Assembly: GCF_009914755.1 (NCBI RefSeq)
Contig: NC_060927.1
DNA length: 64,000 bases
Origin: the human T2T-CHM13v2.0 reference genome, Homo sapiens
Reading direction: 5' to 3' (one strand)
A program made the translations under genes and the position numbers. The notes below the pieces were generated by a model. That model searched no databases. It saw only the letters and a list, made by a program, of their open reading frames with translations, and had not been told where the DNA came from. Shown here piece by piece: positions 14,200 through 25,010 of the stretch (position 1 is its first letter; every line of letters starts with the position of its first letter).

Positions 14200-15400
14200 T
14201 AAAATTCTGAAATTTTACTAATTATTTTTAAACACTTAAAAGCATTCATACATATTGATCTTATATCAGGACAAAAAAATTTCAACAAATTTCCTGTAGC
14301 AGAAATAATTATTTGCAAACCATTAACAAAATCAGAGAAATTAAAAAAAACCCACCACATCTCCAATCTATTTATTTTAAAAATTTTAATTTTATATTAA
14401 ATAATATATTAAAGCATAATAGACAAATTATGAACTATTTAAAATGAAAGACATTAAGATCCTCACATATCTAAAACTGTGAAATGTGACCAATGCAGAA
14501 AAATAAATTAGAAGGAATGAGCAAGTGTAAAATCAAAAATTAATGAAATAGAATCACTAATATTTGATTTGAAAATCAAAAGCCAGTGTTTTTAAAAGAT
14601 TGATCAAATAAACAAGCTTACCTAAAAATAATAGGAAATGTTATTTACGTATGGAAGAGATTTTTAATAAGACAAGACTAGATGTAAATATATATCAATA
14701 AATATAAAGGAAATATAATAATTTTACGGTAATTATCAAAACTGAATAAGGAGAAGATTTGAATATAGCGTAAAATAATTTTAAATGATAGTCAAGTGTG
14801 TACTACCAACATGGTCCATTTCAATTAAGTTTTCAAAGAGCAGATAATTCCCATGTTGTGTCAGTTATTGCAGAACATTAATAAGTGGAAAGTTTCACAA
14901 TCCGTTCTCTAAATATAGTATAACCCAAATATCGTGAGATTGAAAAAGAAAACTGTAAGCTGAGATAACTTATAAGTATATGCTTAAAAATTTTAGCCTG
15001 AAATATTACCATATTGAATTCAAAATTACAATAAAAATTCTAATATATTATGAACAAGTGTTAACAGGAAGGGTTTATCTTAGGAATGCAAAGATAGTTC
15101 TGCCTAAGTATATACTTTATTGAGAAAAACATAAAATTCACTTGGCAACAGATAAATTGTTTTATAACATCCATAATTCATTTCACATTTTAAAAACAAA
15201 ATACAGACAAACAAAACTACAATGGAAGAAGAAAACGTCCTCAACTAGACATCTGCCAAAAATGTAAGTCAGACATAATTATATTTAACCATAACACAAT
15301 TAGAATCTGTTTGATTAAAGAAGAAAAGAAAAAGTTTCTGTTTTTACTGTTACTTTGCAATATTATGCTAAAGCATTGCAATAAGAAAAAAAATACATAA
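14200..15400 (+). mobile_element. Ancient L1M ORF2 remnant
   Basis: A-rich with degraded ORF2 motifs (aaatttcaacaaatttc; tttaaaagattgatcaaataaacaagc; gggtttatcttaggaatgcaaagatagttc). Confidence 0.6.
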
Positions 15401-16093
15401 GAAATTGTTTTTGGTTTGCACAGTAAAATATTATAGATGAAGTTATATAGGTCTTACATACTTTTTGTGATATATTTAGGTATTATAAGGTTTCTGTTAC
15501 TATAGTGACTAAAATATTTAAAATGTAATTATAAGTGGTCATTGCTAGTATACAGGAAAACCACTGATAATTGCATGTTCACTATGTAACTGACTTCTCT
15601 TGATTAATTCTAAAATTTTTTTAAGTTAATTCTCTCGGAGTTTCTAAGTAAACATTTCTAACTAACAGAGAGAAAATGATGATTTATTTCATTCAACCTT
15701 TAGGAGAGACATTTTCTACATATATTAAAAAACTGTTATTTTTAAGTTTTGTAAGATAATTAAGTTATGCTTTACAAAGAAAGAACATATACTTTATGAT
15801 TTGGCTAGAGTAGAATAAGATTTTCTCCAACTAGCTTTAAAAAAAGGAGTAGATTAAAACTTCGGATGAATCAAGGCAACTTAGAAACAAGAATAGAAAT
15901 GGATGACTTTTTATGACTATAAGCTCTTTTATCATTATTCCTATTTTACAGAAGTGGTATAACTCAGTTCCTGGGTTCACACATAACTCATTCTGGTACT
16001 CTATTTTGTACATCTTGAACTGGAGTGCACTCAGAGTTGGTAACTATTCAGGAATTGATTTATTCTAATTAAATGCTAAAAGAGACTGAAGAG

Positions 16094-16365
16094 GGCTGGG
16101 CATGGTGGTTCACAGCTGTAATCACAGCACTTTTGGGAGGCCAAGGCGAGTGGACCACTTGAGGCCAGGAGTTCAAGACCAGCCTGGCCAACATGGTGAA
16201 ACCCCGTTTCTACTAAAAATACAAAAATTAGCCAAGTGTGGTGGCACGTGCCTGTAGTCACAGCTACTCGGGAGGCTGAGGCAGAAGAATCGCTTGAACC
16301 ACAGAGGTTCAGATCACACCACTGCACTCCAGCCTGGTTGACAGGACGAGACTCTGCCTCAAAAA
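16094..16365 (+). mobile_element. AluS-type element with tail converted to (AG)n
   Basis: Dimeric Alu with a small deletion in the right arm; TSD AGAGACTGAAGA at 16081-16092 and 16377-16388. Confidence 0.93.
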
Positions 16366-17150
16366 GAGAGAGAGAGAGAGACTGAAGAACAAACCAGAAT
16401 ATTCACGTATTAAATATACAGAAGTCTGCCCTTTCCAAGAACAAATATATTTATGTTTGCCCCTACAGAGCTTGAGAATCCACATTAGTAATCAGAAGAT
16501 TGCAACATTAAAGTAGAAATATGAAAAATATTAAGGACTCTTTCAGCCAGAATATGATGACTATGTGTACCCAGGTAGAACTCATTTTTAAAAGGGTCAG
16601 CAAAATAAAGTCCACGGGGTTCAGTGTCTATTTCCTTTGGAAAGTAATTGTTAAAGGCTGACCAAATCTAGTATTCAAACTTTTCTTTTCCCAGAGCCAT
16701 GTGAAATATCTTCCTTTCATTCAAGTAAAAGACTTTCAGCTTTGCTAATGCCATAGTTCAGGCAATAAGATTTTTTGATAGCCTTTCTAACTTTAGGTTC
16801 CTAGGCCCTGCAATTCTTGATTTATCCAGGCAAAATACCTTTCTGCAGATAATAAATCATGTTCTAAATGTGGTTTTAATTCGTTTATTTTTGTTTATTT
16901 TGAGAGGATTATCCTGGAAACATCTCCACAGTTTGATGAATGTGAGTGTGTACATTTGTGAGTGTGACAGAGAGGCAGGGTGAGGAAGTCAAACAGAAAC
17001 GGAGAGAGAAAGGATGTAAATGACTTAGATGACTTCTAGTGGAACCATTAATATCCTTTTTTATATTATTTTGTTTCTCAAACAACCTGTAGCTTCAGTC
17101 CTCTAGCCAGTAGAACAAGAGCTTTACCACTGTCTTAATTAAGACATCGC

Positions 17151-17170
17151 AAAAAAAAAAAAAAAAAAAA
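17151..17170 (+). repeat. Poly(A)20 mononucleotide run
   Basis: Directly visible. Confidence 0.9.
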
Positions 17171-17721
17171 GATTTGGATAGTAGAGTACTACATATTAAT
17201 AGCACTTGGACCTATTCCTGCACTTGCACCTATATTTTCAAATCGGTATGACTTAAAGCCAAGAAGTTATCTTTACACATCAAAACTTCTAAAAGAGTCT
17301 CCTGGACTTTATTAAACAAATTCTATTCCCAGGCTTGAACGAGAATACTGTATATTCCATGCAAGACTGGGTGATTTATTTGCCTCCTATATTACTTAAT
17401 ATCTGCCTATATGACATAAAATTAATAGAAAATAAAAATAAAGGCAGCCTGCATGGATTTGTTAACCTTAATAGAAAATAATTTTACCTTTGAAATGTGT
17501 ATTTAAACATTTGGTGTTGAGAATTTTTTCTTCCAATTGAGGAACTAGTTGTTCATATAAACATAGTCTAATGATTAGCCAACAAATCATTACTATGTGG
17601 TCCATAAGGTGTGTTAGTTACTTCTAGTGTATAGATAGTTAAGAACATAAAGTGTGGAAAAAACTACTTTGGCTCAGTCTAATCCATAGACATATATACT
17701 CTGGACATATTTGCTTAAATG

Positions 17722-17950
17722 GGGTGTAGTGGAAAAAGCACAACTTCGATGGAAGCCACTGACAAGTTGTGTGACTTGTTTTGCTAATTTACTTATTCTT
17801 TCTGGACTAATTTGATCATAGATAAATGGAAATAAAAATATTACCAGTTCTTATTTCACAAGACTATTATGAAGATTAGATTTTAGATGTGTATGAAAAC
17901 ACCTTGTAAATTGTAAAGCTCTACATAAATCATTGTTATTATGATTGTTG
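17722..17950 (+). mobile_element. MIR SINE remnant
   Basis: 'ggtgtagtggaaaaagcac', 'tgtgtgactt', 'taaatggaaataaaaata', 'tgtaaagctct'. Confidence 0.6.
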
Positions 17951-20900
17951 TTATATCTTTACATAGATATGTCTAGAAAATAAAATATAATTTTTATCTT
18001 ACATTTAATCCAATTAATTTAAAATTAAAAATAAAACAAAGAGGTGACACCTTTTAGAAATCCCAATAGGCCCAAAGACTTTAGGAGAAAGCAAACCAGC
18101 TAAAAGATGACCACTATGCTGGCCTATTGAATCTATTCCCATAAATGGAAATGGTAAACCCAAGAGAGGGAGATGAGGAATGATGACAATGATTCATAGC
18201 AGAAGGAAAAACACCTGCATTTCTGACATTAAAAAAATATTGAATTGAATTGCTAGGTAGAACGTTGGTGATTACGTAAGCTACACCTAACAAAGTGTTC
18301 TAGAACCTTATACATACCATGAGATTCAATGAATGTCTGTAGAATGAATGAGTCTTCTAGAGGAGTAAATCAAAACCTAAAAGGTAATTTGCCAGGGTAC
18401 ATAATAGAAGCAGAATCAAGATAATATCCAAGACAGGAGAACTCTAACCTAGAATTTTTTCCATGCTGTCTTCTATTGATACAGGCCCTGTTATCTCTGA
18501 CTGTAGAAAGATATAGCCATAGGGTCTGAACACCTGAGCCTATTTGTTTTCACCAAGTTATAGTTTTCAGATTGAATGCTAACAGGTTCCAGACTCTAGC
18601 AAGAGGGTCCATTTTAGTTACCATGAAAAGTTGACACCTATAAAGCTAAGTTCAGTATTTCAGGTAAACGAAAGATTCAGTGTGACAGTATGATTCCCAG
18701 AAAAGCCTTGATTCTCAGCATCTTGGAAGGAGCAGTGCCTAAATATAAGTGCCAGGGTCTTCCCATGGGAAGAGAACCATAGGTAAAAGTCAACATCTCT
18801 AGAGAACAGTATATGCCTGCCCTGTTTGACAGTGCTCTACGTTCACACTATTTGGTTCCAAACTATTTTTTTTTAATTTGGATACAAATATGTCAAACAG
18901 GAATTGTATGTATGTTTTATTTTAGAAAATGATACAACTTAAAATGTGTTAAAGTTCATTGCTTCTCAATGATTTTTTCTCACAATTGGTGCTATTTTCT
19001 GTGCTCATCCGAGGAGAGGTCATGCAACAAGCTGATTCACTTTCAGCCGACAAGCATTAGTGCACAAGATGGCCAGTGCTCTCAGCCAATGAGCATCCAC
19101 TGCACTATTCACAGTTGAGTATGCTTTGCAACCCACGCAACTATGCCTTTGGAGGTTCACTTTATGCCATTTATTTACTCCCTGATACCATGTCTTAATC
19201 CACAAAAATGTGCAAGTAATAGTTCTTGGTCTCCCACAAAGAATTTTTTAAATCATACTTTTAGATATTAATAAGTACTTAGAACTAATTAATAATACCT
19301 TGTATGAAAACTTATGAAGTATAACTATAGCAGTACTTAGCATGAAATTTGTAAGCTTAAATTATATATTTGAAAGAATGTGCTGATAATGAGTTAAGCA
19401 TGAAGCATAAGAAGTTAGAAGACAACATATCTAACAGAAAGTACAAAGAAGAAAGAAAATTTATAGTAAGAACAGATATCAAATGTAATAGATTAAAAAA
19501 AAATAGAGGGGAAAAAGCCAAAAATGTGTTCAAACCTCTGGAAAGCTTGATCATGAAAAAAAGAAATTATAAAAATAAATAATATTAAGAATGAGAAGAG
19601 GAATTTTATCACACATTCAGCAAAGATGAAAAACAGAACTTTATGAACAATGGAACGTGTTCCCTAGCTAAGTTGAAGATTTACGTGTCATACAGCTAGC
19701 AATGCCATCATGGTACAAACTCCAGAAAAGCACGCCAACATACCCTATCTAAACATATTCAAAATTCAACCTGCCAGGATGAAGAAAACATCTCAATGGC
19801 TCTGTGGCAAAGCCTGGTCGCTACCTGGTGACAACACCTTTGAAATGGAGTTGATGCGTCAGCAGAAAGGCAACTGGCCAAAATTCTGGGACGATAGTGT
19901 CCTACCTATGCATATCATAGACAAAAGCTAACTTGGTTTCCCAAGAGCTTAAAAACACCAGGAGGAGAGAGGTCTGCTGTGTACTGTGAAGAATTCTTGT
20001 GACTGCTTCTTCCTGGACCCTCTTCCTCATCATGTCAGCAAGCTGTAAGACGTAAGACAAGGCAGCAGCACTCACCGGTAGTGAGTGATTCGGGCTGAAG
20101 AACCCCTTAAGTACACTTCCTACTGTTTGATTTTTATTCCAAGGATTTAGCTACAGGTACACTTTTGTAGGTAACAACAAAAATACTAAAAGCTGCCTGC
20201 AAAAGGTGTCCTTTATTCCCTGTAACTTTACTGAATAGGAAGTTACTATTTAGCTATGTTTTGGGGAAGCAACAAGGATAAGATATGTAATTATCCTGGA
20301 GCCATTCTAAGAGTAAACTTTTGAACCATATCTTCTCTCTTTTGGGATGAGACTAAATGCTTTTTTTCATTGCTTTAAAGTTCTTATCTCAGTCATCATT
20401 TCACACTGTGAGACAGCACTCAAAATGCACCATAACTCTTACGTTGTAGAAATTCTGTGAAAAGTAACATATCCTCCTCTTGTATATGAGATTGAAAAAT
20501 CCAAATGTTCTAGAAATTCCTGCCAGAAACAATATCTTTTTTTCTAATAGTTCACAAGTATTTTTTCTCCACAATATGTGTTTTAAGCCACCTAATTATA
20601 AAGGCCTTGATATGAGCAAGCTCCTACATTTAATCCCTAACAGCTCACTGTCACCATCGATGATTTATAGACTTTATTTCCTTGTATTTTATGCTAGGTT
20701 GATAAATAATTATTTACTTTCTAATCTTAAAATCACCTAGAGATAAATATAAGTTGCAGTTTTTTGGTTTAGTCTTTTTTTATTTAAAATGTTGCTGTTC
20801 TTAATTCAATTTTTTTCCTTGTACTTTATGTTTAATAAGCAGTTTTATTATTTGGGGTATAAATGGCAAATTCAATTCTTTAGCTAGACACAGAATAACC

Positions 20901-21915
20901 AAATAGCATATAAAGTTCTGACAAGGAAGGTCATAAAGTTTAAAAATGATCCTTAAGATAAGACTTTTTTCTGAAAAGTAGCTTAAGAGAAATGATTTTC
21001 ATAGTTCTAAATCTTAAAGCATCACCAGCAAATACATGAAGTTTGACCTATTCTCCATATGTGTACATTTTCATAACTTGTCTTGCTAGTTGGGAAGGTC
21101 TCCTAAATAACAGTGGTTTTCAGGCAAACACTAAATGAAATTTTGATGGGAATATTATAGACAGAATTTAAGCATCAAATGAATGATTCAACTAGTGACC
21201 TTGAAAGTCATTTTGCATCTCTGAAAATCTCTAGGGTTTTTATGAGGATGGTGGAAATTAACTTGAGGGCCTGTTGACCTAGCTTGACCTATGACTTTTG
21301 TTTACACAAATGCATTTTTTTCCAGATACCCTATTAAAATATCATTGTAAAGTTATTGAATAATAACACCATACAAAAACAGTGTAGGTTTAATTTGTCC
21401 CCACCACCAGCATATTGTGGACAATCTCTTACATGGACAGGTAAAATGAACTGTCCTGTTCTGAGATAGTGGGCAAGAGAGACCATGTAACAAACCCTGA
21501 CTGTCTAGATCATCCAGAATGCCCTGGCAAGTTCACTTCCATTTAGTGAAGTGAGATAATTTGGCAATTCACGCAAGAGACTGAGAACCAAGCCTCAAGC
21601 CCTGCCTCTGATTCTGCAGGTATGGTAAGTCTTTCATGCCTTTCTGTGTTTCCAGTGCTTCTTCATGGGCAGATTATTTTTAAATCTACTTCACAGTCAC
21701 TATGTAACTAGTATATGTTTAAAAATAAGCTATATTTAGGGGAGGAGTCAATTCTCCCTTACAGGAAAAAATTCATTATTTTATTTCCTAAATTTTATTC
21801 AACTTCAGGTTTTACTACTGGGGAAACACTGAATTACAGCACAAAGTGAATGACTTCAGGATAAAAGATTTCAAACTTTAAAAAGCAATTAATTTATTTC
21901 TCCTTTCACCCACAG

Positions 21916-21963
21916 GTCTACCCACGGATAGCGCCGGCATTTTGGCACTACCTGCGGGTAGAA
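21916..21963 (+). CDS. EPHA6: Candidate EPHA6 48-nt in-frame cassette microexon (VYPRIAPAFWHYLRVE)
   Basis: Strong acceptor tttatttctcctttcacccacAG and donor GAA|GTGAGT; 16 stop-free codons, phase 0/0 matching the phase-0 start of exon 22359; 4 CpGs in 48 nt within CpG-poor DNA. Confidence 0.75.
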
Positions 21964-22358
21964 GTGAGTAGCTGGTACTTGAATTCTCCCACCTTTGCTC
22001 CTTGCACTCTGCTGGTGTGCCCATTTTGCTCAAGATGCAGCTGCCATTCTGTGTAAACATATTCTCACACCACCATCATTTCTTACAGTTGGGTCAGGAA
22101 TCTAAATCACCAAAAATACAAGTGCAGTTTATATAAGACTAATCATCTTTCTTAATAAATTTCCAAATAGGACCATATCATATGCATCATTATGATAAAC
22201 AGCTAAATGCCAAATTATGGAAAACCATGCTAACACTACTTTGTAATCAATACTTTTGGTATTCAGAGCATAATTTCTCAGTTAAACTTTGGAATGTTTC
22301 TAGGAAAAGGTAGAATAACTCTGTTTCATTTCCTTTCTCCTTTTTTTCTGTCCCCCAG

Positions 22359-22521
22359 GAACATGAGCAGCTGACCTACTCTTCCACAAGGTCCAAAGCC
22401 CCCAGTGTCATCATCACAGGTCTTAAGCCAGCCACCAAATATGTATTTCACATCCGAGTGAGAACTGCGACAGGATACAGTGGCTACAGTCAGAAATTTG
22501 AATTTGAAACAGGAGATGAAA
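22359..22521 (+). CDS. EPHA6: EPHA6 coding exon, C-terminal half of second fibronectin type III domain (EHEQLTYSSTRSKAPSVIITGLKPATKYVFHIRVRTATGYSGYSQKFEFETGDE-)
   Basis: Long polypyrimidine tract + cccccAG acceptor at 22357-22358; donor A|GTAAGT at 22522; 163 nt (phase 0 to 1); Eph FN3 motif GLKPxTxYVFxxRxRTxxGY. Confidence 0.96.
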
Positions 22522-23304
22522 GTAAGTTTCACACAAGGATATAACATAAGATGTGAATTTAGTATCATTCCAATTTGACCTGATATTTTAAAACCAGGTG
22601 TCCCAAGTTTTTAATAGCTTGTTTAAATGAGATTTTGTTCATGTAAATACTCATACAGTCATTTCAGTTAATATTTGTTGCTATCATTAAATGCTTTCAT
22701 GAAATGCCTTACTCTACCATAAAAGTAATGTGGCCAAAATGTGGCCCTTTATGCTATTACACAGAGTCTCTGTGGATGCCTAATAGTTCACCAGTCCTGG
22801 CATCATGATATGATCCTAATGAAAACTTGGGAGAGAATAAAGCCGTGAACAAATGGTTTAAGCAATTCAGAATTGTGCAGCTTTGGCCTTTTATCTCAGT
22901 CAATAAAAATAGTGGTCAGGAGATGAACACCACTGACATGCACATTATAGGTTTAAATACAGATGCATGGGCTTCATCAGAAACCCACATTAATTCCGGG
23001 ACCTCAACATGCTGAAAACCAAAATGGGAGATGAAGGGAGTGAGATATTCCAATGTCATGTAACATCAGCTTTGAGGTCTTTTATTCATTCTAAACCCAG
23101 CTTTACCAATGAACTCTTTTTGGCCTTCAGAAATCCATCTTACTGCTCTCTTTGTGAGAATAGTAGGGATTGCTTTTGCCAGACATCTTTATGAAAAAGT
23201 GGTCAAATATATAAGAAAAATCTGTTTCCATCATTGTTAACATACTGTATTAATATAATAATTCAATAAAAGTAAATTTATTATAGTAATTCCTTATGGA
23301 TAAC

Positions 23305-23560
23305 AATAATAATAGCAAGCATTTATTGAGACCCTAAAAATGCCTAAAATGACATTAAATATTTTACATGGAATTGTTCATTCAAACCTTTCAACATCCA
23401 GTGAAACAAGTATTATTTTTGTAATTTTACCTATAAGAAAATAGAAACCTAAAGGAGTTGAACAATTTGCCCAAATTTAAGCAACTAGTAAGAAGCTAAG
23501 CTAAAATTTGAAATGGAAGCGTGTTTTATTGAAAGGCCTATGCTGTTAGCTACTCCACCA
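23305..23560 (-). mobile_element. MIR SINE remnant
   Basis: 'aataatagcaagcatttattgag', 'attttacctataagaaaatagaaacct', 'aatttgcccaa'. Confidence 0.6.
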
Positions 23561-24487
23561 TCCTACTAAATCTTATCATTTGTATTATTATGAAGTGTTT
23601 TTTGTAAGATCATAAAATAGGTCATAGTTTTTCAGTTTATCACTCCCTCAAAATGAAGCTACTTGGGTTTCAGATTCTATGACAGAAGGAATATTTTGTT
23701 GTTTTTACATTGATGAACAGTATTCACATGTAAGAACTTCTTTGTTACAATTATATCTAACTACAAAGGGAGAAAGTGCTGATGTATTTAAGTAAGAAAT
23801 ACCCCACCTTAGGGAGAATGAGTAAACTAATTAATAAAAAGAATACTTGTGGCCTGAGTATTTATATCAGTAATAGTCATTTAAATTTCTGGTGGAGACT
23901 ATTGACTTTTTAAGCTAGAGAGAAAATTATTAGGAGTAGAGTATTATGATCACAAAACATAGATCCACAATAAAATCCATATAAAAATATCAAAAGATTT
24001 GTCCCTGTTATGTCTTTTTCACTTTTTTTCCCCTGCCCGCTTGTCAAACCTTAGCCTAGGTATAAAGCTAAGGATACAGTCCAAGGAAAGTTTGGTCCAA
24101 GATTGTCGAATTATTGTCTTTTTTAGGCTGTGTTTCTTTTCACAGCCTGGAAAAGTTAATAGCTTTTGCACTTCTCTTACTTTATTTCACAGATTTAAAA
24201 AATTCACCTGACTTTTAAAGTTTGACATTGTTGAGTATTGCATTTTTAAGTGAGAAATGCACTCTCAGATAAACTCATAGAGCTACATCTAAATAAGTCA
24301 TTTGTGTTCATTTGGGACTTCTAGAGAAGGTCATTTGGTGTAATATTAACAAAAATTCTGATTTAAATATTAACAGTTTGATTTGGTTTTAACATTAGAT
24401 TTCAACTCATTGTACTTTCAAGACAATTTCTTCAGATGTTATGTAGAATAAAAAGAAAGGTTTTGTACTCACAAGTAACTCAGTACA

Positions 24488-25010
24488 ATTCACTCATTCA
24501 ACCGACATGTATAGAATATTTAATATGTGCCATACTCATATGAGCCTCTGGGGATAAAAAATAATAATAAGAGCTAATAGCCTATGCCTTCAAACAAGTT
24601 TCAGTCTGTATTTCTGTGAGGAAAATAAAAAGTTTAAATCAAAAATACAAGATTAGTGACGTGTACTATCATAAAGATATACAAAGGATATGGTGGCAGC
24701 ATAGTGAAGATGACTACTACTTCAGCACACATGGGTGGTGAAAGGTTTCTGGAGGGTGAGAGGCTGGGGTTCTTTCTTGAAAGAAGAATAGTCATGGAAC
24801 AGAAAAAGCATAAAGGCCTCTAACAACATAAAAAATTTAAAGCGCAAATAACTTGGTGTGGCTGTGGTGAGGAGATGAAAATTGTAAAATGGTGGTAGAT
24901 GAAGGTGGAGAGTTACACAGGGGCCAAACCAAGAGCACTTTTTAGCCATATTAAGGATATTTGCATGTATCCAGAAAATATTCAGGATCCATTGGTGAAT
25001 TCGAATCCTG
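24488..25010 (-). mobile_element. L2 LINE remnant
   Basis: 'attcactcattcaa' L2 3' terminus followed by a purine-rich L2 body; approximate. Confidence 0.55.

Noticed and set aside
16076-16327. Alu-derived ORFs (also 63255-63443 and 56633-56863)
   Set aside because: Typical Alu translations (MQWCDL..., LVETGFH...).
22326-22568. 80-aa minus-strand ORF over the FN3 exon
   Set aside because: Antisense shadow of the EPHA6 exon.
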